DNA of 64,000 bases from Gemmatimonadota bacterium. Lineage in GTDB: Bacteria > Gemmatimonadota > Gemmatimonadetes > Gemmatimonadales > GWC2-71-9. Shown here piece by piece: positions 26,794 through 36,211 of this stretch. Under the pieces are notes generated by a model. That model saw nothing but the letters and a program-made list of their open reading frames with translations. It ran no database searches and was not told the origin of the DNA. Within the stretch, counting starts at the first letter, position 1, and every line of letters starts with the position of its first letter. A program made the translations under genes and the position numbers. The stretch lies in the NCBI GenBank assembly GCA_039930765.1, contig JBDTTF010000285.1, forward strand, positions 2,869 to 66,868, given 5' to 3'.

Positions 26794-28842
26794 CTACGGC
26801 GTGAGGGCGCCGCTAGTCCAGCTGTTGTTGGCTGGCACCGGATCGGGGAACAGTCCGTCCGGGTTCACGGTGGCGGACTTCACATTCTTCGGCGCGTCGA
26901 TGTGGGCCACGTACTTGTCACCCTTGTACCAGACCTCGACCGGGAACTTGTACAGCTGCGTCGTGCCGTCATCGAAGGTCAGTTGCAACTCGACGGGCAT
27001 GACGAGGGTGCCGAGGTTGCGCAGGGTGACGTCGACGGAAGAACCGCCGGTGGCGCCGGCCGTCTGCTTGACGGTTTCGATGGACTGGTCCAGCGTGGCG
27101 GTCGAGAAGAACCAGCCCCGCCAGAACCAGTCGAGGTCCCGGCCGGTGACGTTATTCATGGTGCGGAAGAAATCAGCCGGCTGCGGGTGCTTGAACGCCC
27201 AGCGCCGGGTGTATTCGCGGAAGGCTTCGTCAAACACCTCGTGGCCCAGGATCTTCTCGCGCAGCAGGAACAGGCCATTGCCCGGCTTGATGTAGGCCAG
27301 GATGCCGAGGTTGTTATTGGTGCGGTAGAGGTTGGCATAGGTCATGATCGGCTGCGCGGTGGGGCCGAGGTCGTTGGCCGCCGTGAATCGCGATTCGCCG
27401 ATCCGGCGCTTGGTGTCATCCCGATTGAAGTAGCCGGTCTCGGAATAGATGTTGATGAAGGTGTTGAACCCTTCATCCATCCAGGCGTAGCGCCGCTCAT
27501 CGCTGCCCACCATCATCGGGTACCACATATGCCCGATTTCATGGGTGACGACGCTGTACAGCCCTTCCTTGGAGTCGTTCTGGGTTTCCATGGCCACCAT
27601 CGGGTACTCCATGCCCGAGACCGGACCTTCGACTGCCGAGATCTGCGGGTAGGCGTACTGGAACCACTTCGTGGAGTACTCCTGGATCGAGAAGCGTGAC
27701 ATGTCCGCCGCATCCTTCCAGGTGGCCGTGGCCGTCGGACGATAGTAGGCCTGGGCCAGGATCCCCTTCCAGCCTGAGGCATCCCAGAGGTATTCGGGGC
27801 TGGCGCACCAGGCCACGTCACGCACGTTGGTGGCCTTGAATTTCCACGTCAGCATCCCGTCCTTCTTGGGCCGAGCGGCGCCGCTGGTCAGCTCATCGGC
27901 GGTGATGATGTGGGTGATCGAATCCGATTTGACGGCCGCGGCCAGCCGGCTGCGCTGGGTGGCGGTGAGCACCTCGAGCGGATTCTGGACAAGACCGCTG
28001 CCGGCGACGATGTAACCGGCGGGCAGGGTGATCTGGTATTCGATGTCGCCGTACTCGAGGTAGAACTCGCCCTGGCCCAGGTACTGGAGGGTGTTCCAGC
28101 CATGGACGTCATCGTAGACGGCCATGCGGGGATACCACTGGGCCAGTTCGTAGAGCGGGCCATCCCGGCCCATTCGGTCGCCACCGTGTTCCGGGATGTT
28201 GAAATGGTAGGTCAGTTCCAGGGTGGTGGTCTGGCCGGGCGCCACCGGTGTCGGCAGCGTGACCTCCATCATCGTGTCATCCACCCGGGTCTTTACTGAT
28301 TGGCCGCGGGCGGCGGGCATCACGGCCGGACGTGGCTTCTTGCCCAGGAACGCGGCGGACGGCCCGCCTCGGGTGAGCTGCTCAAACCGCTCGATGGTAA
28401 ATCCGCCCTGGAATCCGGCACCACCGAACCGGCTCTCGGAGGCGTTGAGCAGCGAGCCGACGCTGCCGGGCTTGAACAGGTTCTGGTCGAGCTGCAGCCA
28501 GACCACGCCCAGAGTGTCCGGCGAGTTGTTGGTGTACCGGATCGTGACCGAGCCGCTCAGCGTCCTGGCCGCGGTATCGAGCGTGGCGGTGATGCTGTAG
28601 TCGGCCCGCTGCTGCCAGTATTTCCGGCCCGGGGCGCCGTTGGCCTCACGGATTTCGTTCGGCGCGGCCAGATCGATCGGCTGCCAGATCCCGTCATCGG
28701 TGACCGGCACGACCTTGGCTGGCGGGGCAGGGGGCTGGGCCGGCTTGGGAGGGCCGATAGGGGCGGGAGTCGGCGGCGGCGGCGGATTCTGGGCCGCCAG
28801 CGGCGCGGCAACGAGCAGTGCGAACAGCAGAGGAAAACGCAT
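26794..28842 (-). CDS. M1 family zinc aminopeptidase, secreted
   Basis: Signal peptide; YWQQRADY, GMEYP, HEIGH..E (WMDEGF), WAFKHPQPADFFR. Confidence 0.92.
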   Translation of the reverse strand: MRFPLLFALLVAAPLAAQNPPPPPTPAPIGPPKPAQPPAPPAKVVPVTDDGIWQPIDLAAPNEIREANGAPGRKYWQQRADYSITATLDTAARTLSGSVTIRYTNNSPDTLGVVWLQLDQNLFKPGSVGSLLNASESRFGGAGFQGGFTIERFEQLTRGGPSAAFLGKKPRPAVMPAARGQSVKTRVDDTMMEVTLPTPVAPGQTTTLELTYHFNIPEHGGDRMGRDGPLYELAQWYPRMAVYDDVHGWNTLQYLGQGEFYLEYGDIEYQITLPAGYIVAGSGLVQNPLEVLTATQRSRLAAAVKSDSITHIITADELTSGAARPKKDGMLTWKFKATNVRDVAWCASPEYLWDASGWKGILAQAYYRPTATATWKDAADMSRFSIQEYSTKWFQYAYPQISAVEGPVSGMEYPMVAMETQNDSKEGLYSVVTHEIGHMWYPMMVGSDERRYAWMDEGFNTFINIYSETGYFNRDDTKRRIGESRFTAANDLGPTAQPIMTYANLYRTNNNLGILAYIKPGNGLFLLREKILGHEVFDEAFREYTRRWAFKHPQPADFFRTMNNVTGRDLDWFWRGWFFSTATLDQSIETVKQTAGATGGSSVDVTLRNLGTLVMPVELQLTFDDGTTQLYKFPVEVWYKGDKYVAHIDAPKNVKSATVNPDGLFPDPVPANNSWTSGALTP

Positions 28843-28946
28843 CGAACCCTGGGAGTTTAGGAAGACGGGAGCGGACTGGGCCCCCCGACGGAGCGGGAGG
28901 GCGGGAGTTTCGAACTGTCTTATTTCTGAGCAGCACCTGCAACTGG

Positions 28947-29045
28947 AACCGCTGAGAGGCGAAGACCGCCAAGGAACGCGAAGGACCGCTCCAATAGAGG
29001 ATGTTGACCTTCGCGTGTCTTTGCATGCTTGGCGCCTTTGCGGTT
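28947..29045. repeat. Inverted-repeat element with 38-nt arms of CGCVAAG-like units
   Basis: Left AACCGC...ACGCGAAGG (28947-28984); right CCTTCGCGT...GCGGTT (29008-29045); 23-nt spacer. Confidence 0.8.
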
Positions 29046-29059
29046 ATCCCGTTTCGAAC

Positions 29060-29620
29060 TTACAGCTTGGGCAGCGTGACACCTTTCTGCCCCTGGTACT
29101 TCCCCTTCTTGTCCTTGTAGCTGATTTCGCAGATGTCGTCCGCGTCCGCCTCGAAGAACAGCACCTGGCAGATCCCCTCGTTGGCGTAGATCTTGGCGGG
29201 AAGCGGCGTGGTGTTGCTGATCTCGAGGGTTACGTGGCCCTCCCACTCCGGTTCGAATGGCGTCACGTTGGTAATGATGCCGCAGCGGGCGTAGGTCGAT
29301 TTCCCGACGCAGATGGTGAGCACATTGCGCGGGATCCGGAAGTACTCGACCGACCGCGCCAGGGCAAAGCTGTTGGGCGGCACGATGCAGACATCGCCGG
29401 TGAACTCGACGAAGCTGTTGGAGTCGAAATGCTTGGGGTCAACGATGGCGGAGAGCACGTTGGTGAAGATCTTGAACTCCGGCGCCACCCGCATATCATA
29501 GCCGTAGGATGAGACCCCGTACGAGATGCCACCGGCCCGCACCTGGCTGTCGGTGAACGGTTCGATCATCCCGTGTTCGGTGGCCATCCGGCGGATCCAG
29601 CGATCGGACTTGATTGACAT
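29060..29620 (-). CDS. dcd: dCTP deaminase
   Basis: [50 protein letters not shown]. Confidence 0.97.
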   Translation of the reverse strand: MSIKSDRWIRRMATEHGMIEPFTDSQVRAGGISYGVSSYGYDMRVAPEFKIFTNVLSAIVDPKHFDSNSFVEFTGDVCIVPPNSFALARSVEYFRIPRNVLTICVGKSTYARCGIITNVTPFEPEWEGHVTLEISNTTPLPAKIYANEGICQVLFFEADADDICEISYKDKKGKYQGQKGVTLPKL

Positions 29621-29724
29621 CGGATTTTGGGCTGGGAAATGGAGCGGCAAATATAACCCGGCCGGGTTCCCGCGCTGGTGGCCGGATTGGGGACTGGCTG
29701 ACCGGCAATTCAGCGCCAGTCGGG

Positions 29725-29752
29725 TTGACTGGGAGAGAGGCGCCGTTAGGTT
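29725..29752 (+). promoter_or_regulatory. Sigma70-type promoter of the nuo operon
   Basis: TTGACT (29725-29730)-N16-TAGGTT (29747-29752), 41 nt upstream of nuoA. Confidence 0.6.
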
Positions 29753-29793
29753 TTGCGGCTGCTGGTAAAGCCTGTCAGGAGAACCGCTTCCGC

Positions 29794-30171
29794 ATGCTCA
29801 AACCGTACATCCCGGTCCTGTTCATCGTGGCCCTCTCGATCGTCAACGCGATCGGGATGCTGGCCACGTCGGCCGCCATGTCCTGGTTGCTCAAGACCCG
29901 CCGCAAGACTGCCACCAAGCTCGCTCCCTATGAATCCGGCATGCCGGTGCTCGGCGATGCCCGGGAGCGTTTCTCGGTCAAGTTCTACCTGGTCGCGGTG
30001 CTCTTCATTGTATTCGACATCGACGTGGTCTTCCTGTACCCCTGGGGCGTCGCCTTTCATCAGTTGACGGCCATGCGCGGCTTTCTGTTCCTCGAAATGC
30101 TGGCGTTCGTGCTGCTGATGGTGGTGGCGTATGTCTACGTCTGGAAGCGGAAGGCCTTTGAATGGGACTGA
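29794..30171 (+). CDS. nuoA: NADH-quinone oxidoreductase subunit A
   Basis: [31 protein letters not shown]. Confidence 0.95.
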   Translation: MLKPYIPVLFIVALSIVNAIGMLATSAAMSWLLKTRRKTATKLAPYESGMPVLGDARERFSVKFYLVAVLFIVFDIDVVFLYPWGVAFHQLTAMRGFLFLEMLAFVLLMVVAYVYVWKRKAFEWD

Positions 30172-30782
30172 CTCTGCCGCCTGAAACGGGTTCGGCCGGC
30201 GAAATTTCGGACGCCAGCGCCAACTTCATGGTCACCAGGCTCTCCGAGCTGCTCAACTGGGGCCGTACCCGCTCGATCTGGCCGATGCCCTTCGGCACTG
30301 CCTGCTGCGCCATCGAGTTCATGGCCACCGCCGCCAGCCGGTTCGACATTGCCCGGTTCGGCATGGAGCGCCAGGCCTTTTCTCCGCGTCAGGCCGACGT
30401 GCTGATCTGCGCCGGCCGGCTGCCGTTCAAGCTGGCCCCGGTCATCCGGCGGGTCTGGGACCAGATGCCGCAGCCCAAATGGTCGATCTCGATGGGCGCC
30501 TGCGCCTCGTCTGGCGGGATCTTCGATACTTACACGATGGTGCAGGGCATCGATACGATCATTCCGGTCGATGTCTACGTTCCCGGCTGTCCGCCGCGAC
30601 CCGAAGGCCTGCTGTATGGCATCTTGCTGCTTCAGAAAAAGATCTCCGGCGAACGATTCACCGATTTCGATCTCCGCCGCGAACAGAGCCTCGGCCCCGA
30701 TGGCCTGTTCCTGCCGCCGCAGACGATCAACGAGGTATCGGAGCCGTTCGGTAATTCGGTGCAGCAGACGAGGTCAGCATGA
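30162..30782 (+). CDS. nuoB: NADH-quinone oxidoreductase subunit B
   Basis: [34 protein letters not shown]. Confidence 0.97.
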   Translation: MGLTLPPETGSAGEISDASANFMVTRLSELLNWGRTRSIWPMPFGTACCAIEFMATAASRFDIARFGMERQAFSPRQADVLICAGRLPFKLAPVIRRVWDQMPQPKWSISMGACASSGGIFDTYTMVQGIDTIIPVDVYVPGCPPRPEGLLYGILLLQKKISGERFTDFDLRREQSLGPDGLFLPPQTINEVSEPFGNSVQQTRSA

Positions 30783-31417
30783 GTGCGGCTGCGGTCGCGA
30801 CGGACGGGGGCGCGCAGTCGGCGGAAGCGCTGAAGACACAGTTCGGCACCGCGGTCACCCGGGTCTGGCAGTCCTGCGGCGACTCGATCGTCCACGTGGC
30901 CCGCCAGCGGGCCCACGAGATCCTGGCCTGGCTGCGCGACGACCCGTCCCAGCACTTCAACTATCTGGTCGATATCACCGCGGTCGAGTATCGTGACCCC
31001 GAGCGGAATCTCGAAGTGGTCTACAACCTCCGCTCGATCGACCGCAAGGCCGAACTGCGGCTCAAGATCGAGCTGCTGAAGACCGCGGTGCTCGAGGTCG
31101 AATCGGTCTATGACCTCTGGCGTGGTGCCGACTGGCTGGAGCGCGAGGTCTATGACATGTTCGGCATTTCCTTCAAGGGCCATCCGGACCTGCGCCGGAT
31201 CCTGATGTGGGAGACTTACGCCGAGGGCTATCCGCTCCGCAAGGATTTCCCGCTCCGCGGACACTTCAGCCGGGCCGAGCAGACTCGCCAGGCGCTGGCC
31301 GCCAATCCCGAAGCGCACTACAGTCTTGAGGAACTCTCGATCGCCGAGGCCTATGGTGAGTTGCCAGCCGATGTGCGGGAGCGGCTTCACGAGGGCAAGC
31401 GGGGGATGGTCGAATGA
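30779..31417 (+). CDS. nuoC: NADH-quinone oxidoreductase subunit C
   Basis: [33 protein letters not shown]. Confidence 0.96.
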   Translation: MSAAAVATDGGAQSAEALKTQFGTAVTRVWQSCGDSIVHVARQRAHEILAWLRDDPSQHFNYLVDITAVEYRDPERNLEVVYNLRSIDRKAELRLKIELLKTAVLEVESVYDLWRGADWLEREVYDMFGISFKGHPDLRRILMWETYAEGYPLRKDFPLRGHFSRAEQTRQALAANPEAHYSLEELSIAEAYGELPADVRERLHEGKRGMVE

Positions 31418-32691
31418 GTGCCCGTACCGTTTCCATGGAACTGGCCACCACGGGCATCGACGCCACGGGCCAGCCGATCCGCCTCCCCCTGACCATCAAG
31501 CCCAGCCGCACCGAGGACGACCTTGGCGACGAGCATATGCTGCTCAACATCGGACCGCAGCACCCGGCAACCCACGGGGTGCTGCGCCTGGTGGTCGAGC
31601 TCGATGGCGAAACGGTGCTGCGGGTCATTCCGCACGTCGGCTATCTGCACAGCGGTTTCGAGAAGCTGGGCGAGTACCGGCACTACAACCAGATCGTGCC
31701 GCTGACCGACCGGACTGATTACCTGTCGCCAATGGCCAACAACGTCTGCCTGGCGCTGGCGGCCGAAAAGCTGATGGGCATCGAGATCACCGAGCGGTGC
31801 ACCGTGCTCCGGGTCATGGCCTGCGAGATGAGCCGGATCATCTCCCATCTGGTCTGGCTCGGCACCACCGGCATCGATATCGGCGCCTTTACCCCGTTTC
31901 TCTGGCTGTTCCAGCAGCGCGAGCGGATTTACAACCTGCAGGAAGCCTGGACCGGCGCCCGGATGACCACCAGCCTGACCCGGGTCGGCGGCCTGATGGC
32001 GGACATTCCCGAAGGCTGGGAAAATGGGCTGCGTGACTTCTGCCGAACCTTTCCCAAGGTGCTCAAGGAAGTCGACACCATGTTCACCCGGAACGCGATC
32101 TGGTGCGGTCGCAACCAGGGTGTCGGTGCCATTTCCGCCGACGAGGCGATCAACTTTTCGCTGTCGGGTCCGATGCTGCGTTCGTCCGGCGTGGCCTACG
32201 ATGTCCGGAAAGACCGGCCGTACCTGGGCTATGAGGACTACAGCTTCGATGTACCGGTCGGTGAACATGGCGACAACTACGACCGTTACCTGATCCGGCT
32301 CGAGGAAATGTTCCAGTCCACCCGGATCCTGGAGCAGGCGCTCGACAAGCTCAAGCCGGGTCCGATCAACATTGACGATCCCCGCCTGATCCTGCCGCCC
32401 AAGTCCAGGGCCATGAGTGACATGGAAGCCATGATCTTCCATTTCAAGCAGGTCATGGAGGGAGTGCCGGCGCCGGTCGGCGAGGCCTACCTGGGGATCG
32501 AGAACCCCAAGGGCGAGCTGGGCTACTACTTTGTGTCCGACGGCACCGCCAAGCCGGTCCGGTGGCGGATCCGTCCCCCTTCCTTTATTAACCTCGCGGC
32601 GCTGCCCACCCTGTGCGAGGGGGCGCTGCTGTCCGACGTCATCGCCATCAACGCCAGCGTGGATATCGTGATGGGAGAGATCGACCGGTGA
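31414..32691 (+). CDS. nuoD: NADH-quinone oxidoreductase subunit D
   Basis: GPQHPATHGVLRL, GYLH, ENPKGELG, RIRPPSF, DIVMGEIDR. Confidence 0.97.
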   Translation: MSARTVSMELATTGIDATGQPIRLPLTIKPSRTEDDLGDEHMLLNIGPQHPATHGVLRLVVELDGETVLRVIPHVGYLHSGFEKLGEYRHYNQIVPLTDRTDYLSPMANNVCLALAAEKLMGIEITERCTVLRVMACEMSRIISHLVWLGTTGIDIGAFTPFLWLFQQRERIYNLQEAWTGARMTTSLTRVGGLMADIPEGWENGLRDFCRTFPKVLKEVDTMFTRNAIWCGRNQGVGAISADEAINFSLSGPMLRSSGVAYDVRKDRPYLGYEDYSFDVPVGEHGDNYDRYLIRLEEMFQSTRILEQALDKLKPGPINIDDPRLILPPKSRAMSDMEAMIFHFKQVMEGVPAPVGEAYLGIENPKGELGYYFVSDGTAKPVRWRIRPPSFINLAALPTLCEGALLSDVIAINASVDIVMGEIDR

Positions 32692-33233
32692 ACCCCAAGA
32701 CCGTGCCGGGAGGCCCGGCCGGGGCGACCCCCGCGTCGCCGGGACATGACGCCAAATACGAACCGGTATTCGTCGGTCCGATCAAGGCCAGGCTCGACGC
32801 CCTGTTCCCGAAATATCCCACCAGGCAGGCCTGCCTGCTGCCCGCCCTCTGGATGGTGCAGGAAGCCCGGGGCTGGGTGCCGGACGGCGGAATCGACGAA
32901 GTGGCCAGGGTGCTGGAACTCACTCCCGCCTACGTGCGCGGGGTGCTGACTTTCTACACCATGTACCACCAGCATCCGGTCGGGCGCCACTTCATCCAGG
33001 TCTGCACCACCTCCCCCTGCAACATGGGCGGCGCCGAAGAGGTGGTCAAAGCGCTACTCCGGGAAACCGGCTGCAAGGAACTCGGCGCCACCAGCCCCGA
33101 CGGCCGCTTCACGGTCATCGAAACCGAATGCCTCGGTGCCTGCGGCTTCGTGACCCCGCTCCTCGTCAACGACGACTTCCTCGAGAACGTGACCCCCGAA
33201 CGGGTGCCCGGTCTCCTGCAGAGTTACAAGTAA
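32688..33233 (+). CDS. nuoE: NADH-quinone oxidoreductase subunit E
   Basis: TFYTMY, VCTTSPC, ECLGAC 2Fe-2S ligands; GTGA overlap start. Confidence 0.95.
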   Translation: MNPKTVPGGPAGATPASPGHDAKYEPVFVGPIKARLDALFPKYPTRQACLLPALWMVQEARGWVPDGGIDEVARVLELTPAYVRGVLTFYTMYHQHPVGRHFIQVCTTSPCNMGGAEEVVKALLRETGCKELGATSPDGRFTVIETECLGACGFVTPLLVNDDFLENVTPERVPGLLQSYK

Positions 33234-34540
33234 TGGGCTATCCGCATCCGAGTCACGCCAGGGAAACCGTGGTCCTGTCGCAGTATTTCGGCGACGCCGG
33301 GGCCAGGAGTTATGACGGCTGGATCAAGCGCGGCGGCTATGAAGGATTGAAAAAGGCCCTCGGCATGACGCCTGAGGCCATTATCGAGGAGATCAAGGCG
33401 TCGGGCCTGCGTGGCCGGGGCGGCGCCGGTTTCCCGACCGGGCTCAAGTGGTCGTTCATGCCGAAGAACGACGGCAAGGCCCACTACCTCTGCTGCAACG
33501 CCGACGAATCCGAGCCCGGGACCTTCAAGGACCGGGAGATCATGCGCTGGACCCCGCACGCGCTGATCGAAGGCTGCGCGCTGGCCTCGTACGCCATTGC
33601 CGCCGAGACCTGCTACATCTACATCCGTGGTGAATTCACCGAACCGTGGAAGGTGATGGAAACAGCCGTGGCCGAGGCGTACGCCGCCGGGGCCATCGGG
33701 GCCAATGCGTTCGGATCCGGCCAGCGGATCGACATAGTGCTGCACCGGGGCGCCGGAGCCTACATCTGCGGTGAAGAAACCGCGCTGATGAATTCGCTGG
33801 AGGGCAAGCGGGGCAATCCCCGGATCAAGCCGCCGTTTCCGGCTGCCGCCGGGCTGTTCGGCCTGCCGACTACCATCAACAACGTCGAAACCCTGGTTGC
33901 CGCACCCCACATCCTGATGCGTGGGGCCGCCTGGTACAAGGCGCTGTGCAAGGGCAATCCCAAGAGCACCGGCACCAAGCTGATCTCGGTCTGCGGCCAC
34001 GTGCAGCGGCCTGGCAACTACGAGATCACCATGGGCACCCCGATGAAGGACCTGATCTACGACATGTGCGGCGGGATGCGTCCGGGCCGGACCCTGAAGG
34101 CCGTCATTCCCGGCGGCTCGTCGGTACCGATCATGACCCCCGGCGAAGTCGATACCTGCATCATGGACTACGAAGGGGTCGTCGCGGCCGGCTCGATGCT
34201 GGGCTCCGGCGGCATGATCGTGATGGACGACACCACCGACCTGGTCTACCAGATCATGCGGCTGGCCAGGTTCTATGCCCACGAGTCCTGCGCCCAGTGC
34301 ACCCAGTGCCGCGAGGGCACGGCCTGGACCACCCGGATTCTCGAGCGGATCCTGTCCGGGGCGGGGAAGCCGTCCGATCTCGACCTGCTGCTGGACCTGG
34401 CCGATAACATGACCGGCACGACCATCTGTGTGCTGAGCGATTCGTGCGCCGCACCGGTGGTGAGCGGAATCCACAAGTTCCGCGGCGATTTCGAGGCGTA
34501 CCTGTCGGGGAAGCGGAAGCCGTCGTTGGCGGGTGTTTGA
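33233..34540 (+). CDS. nuoF: NADH-quinone oxidoreductase subunit F
   Basis: SGLRGRGGAGFPTGLKW, NADESEPGTFKDR, GAGAYICGEETAL, HESC..C..CREG. Confidence 0.97.
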   Translation: MGYPHPSHARETVVLSQYFGDAGARSYDGWIKRGGYEGLKKALGMTPEAIIEEIKASGLRGRGGAGFPTGLKWSFMPKNDGKAHYLCCNADESEPGTFKDREIMRWTPHALIEGCALASYAIAAETCYIYIRGEFTEPWKVMETAVAEAYAAGAIGANAFGSGQRIDIVLHRGAGAYICGEETALMNSLEGKRGNPRIKPPFPAAAGLFGLPTTINNVETLVAAPHILMRGAAWYKALCKGNPKSTGTKLISVCGHVQRPGNYEITMGTPMKDLIYDMCGGMRPGRTLKAVIPGGSSVPIMTPGEVDTCIMDYEGVVAAGSMLGSGGMIVMDDTTDLVYQIMRLARFYAHESCAQCTQCREGTAWTTRILERILSGAGKPSDLDLLLDLADNMTGTTICVLSDSCAAPVVSGIHKFRGDFEAYLSGKRKPSLAGV

Positions 34541-34618
34541 ATAGCCGTAAGCCATTAACCCTCAGCTCCTGCGGTTCGTGGTACAGCTTCTGGCGTAGGG
34601 CTTAAGGCTTATGGCCAT
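34541..34618. repeat. Heptamer-arm inverted-repeat element, same unit family as 5168-5274
   Basis: ATAGCCGTAAGCCATTAACCCT (34541-34562) vs AGGGCTTAAGGCTTATGGCCAT (34597-34618). Confidence 0.78.
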
Positions 34619-34633
34619 TTCACCGGACTTTGA

Positions 34634-36211
34634 ATGAGCTCAGATCTCGTAAACCTTACTATCGACGGCTATCCGATCAGCGTTCCCAAGGGAACGACGG
34701 TGATCGAGGCAGCCAAGCAGGCGGGGGTGCTGGTGCCCCACTACTGCTATCACCCGTCGCTGCCGTCACCGGCAGTCTGCCGGATGTGCCTCATCGAGGT
34801 CGAAAAGGCCCCCAAGCTCCTGCCCGCCTGTGTCACCACGGTGGCCGAGGGCCAGGTGGTGCATACCGACAGCGAGCGCGCCCGGAAGGCCCGGACCGGG
34901 GTGCTCGAACTGCTGCTGATCAATCATCCGCTCGACTGCCCGATCTGCGACCAGTCGGGCGAGTGCGAGCTGCAGGATTACGTGTTCCAGGAGGGCCAGC
35001 CCGCTACCCGGTACAGCGAGTACCCCAAGCGATTCAATCCGGTCGAGGACTTCGGCCCCGACGTGCTGTACGTGCCTAACCGCTGCATTCTCTGCACCCG
35101 TTGCGTCCGCTTCATGGGAGACGTGGCCGGCGACGATGTGCTCAACGTGTCCGAGCGCGGCGACCGGGCCTATATCGGCATCGATCCCTCCCAGCCGCTC
35201 GATCACGCGTGGGCCGGCAACGTGGTCGATCTCTGTCCGGTCGGTTCGCTGCTCTCCAAGGATTTCCTGCACAAGGCGCGGGTCTGGGATCTCGACCACA
35301 CCGCCAGCGTCTGCACCGGCTGCAGCCAGGGCTGCAATACCACCATTGACACCCGCGACAACATCGTGGTCCGGATCCGCCCCCGGGCCAATCTCGAGGT
35401 CAACCGGCATTTCATCTGTGATACCGGCCGGATGCACTATCGCTGGATGAATCGTGGCGACCGGATCGATGCGCCGCTGGTACAGGACGGGTCTCGCACC
35501 ATGGCCACCGACTGGGACACCGCCCTGGGCAAGCTGGCAGGGCTGGTCGGGAAGGCCGCCGGTTCCACGGTCATCCTGGCCTCGGCGGGTGCCTCGACCG
35601 AATCGCTGGGATTGGTCCGGCGGCTGGTCAGCGGCGCGGCCACCGCGGCGGTCCGAATTCCCGAAGGCGCGGAAGCACCGTTGGCAGGCATCCCGAATCT
35701 GGCACTCCGGAAGGAACGGGCTCCCAACGGTGACGGGGCCCGGATGCTGGGGTACTCGACCGACTGGAAAGCGGCACTCAAAGCCGCTGGTGCGGCCACA
35801 CTCGTCATCATCCTCGATCTCGATCTGACCGAGGTGGAGCAGGCTTCGATCGGCGGCGCCAAGGCAGTCGTGGTCTTCGGCACCCTCGAGTCGCAGGCGC
35901 TGGACCATGCGGCGCTGGTGCTGCCGGTGACCAATACGGCGGAAGAAGAGGGCAGCTTCGTCAACCGTGACCTGCGAGTCCAGCGGTATCACCAGGCCCG
36001 CAGCGCCCCGGGCATGGCCCGGCCAGCCTGGTGGATCGCGGCGGAGGCCATCGCGCTGGCCGGCACCGGGGCCCGTGCGCCCGGGTCGGCCGATGCCGCC
36101 TTTGCTCTGCTGGCGGAGACGGTCGCAGGGCTGGGAGGTCTCAGTTATTCCAGCATCGGCCTCACCGGCGCCAAGGCGGAGCAGGGCACCACGGCAGGTG
36201 CCACGCAATGA
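34634..36211 (+). CDS. nuoG: NADH-quinone oxidoreductase subunit G (short form)
   Basis: CYHP..CRMC, NHPLDCPICDQSGECELQD, CILCTRCVRF, CPVG, CTGCSQGC. Confidence 0.93.
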   Translation: MSSDLVNLTIDGYPISVPKGTTVIEAAKQAGVLVPHYCYHPSLPSPAVCRMCLIEVEKAPKLLPACVTTVAEGQVVHTDSERARKARTGVLELLLINHPLDCPICDQSGECELQDYVFQEGQPATRYSEYPKRFNPVEDFGPDVLYVPNRCILCTRCVRFMGDVAGDDVLNVSERGDRAYIGIDPSQPLDHAWAGNVVDLCPVGSLLSKDFLHKARVWDLDHTASVCTGCSQGCNTTIDTRDNIVVRIRPRANLEVNRHFICDTGRMHYRWMNRGDRIDAPLVQDGSRTMATDWDTALGKLAGLVGKAAGSTVILASAGASTESLGLVRRLVSGAATAAVRIPEGAEAPLAGIPNLALRKERAPNGDGARMLGYSTDWKAALKAAGAATLVIILDLDLTEVEQASIGGAKAVVVFGTLESQALDHAALVLPVTNTAEEEGSFVNRDLRVQRYHQARSAPGMARPAWWIAAEAIALAGTGARAPGSADAAFALLAETVAGLGGLSYSSIGLTGAKAEQGTTAGATQ

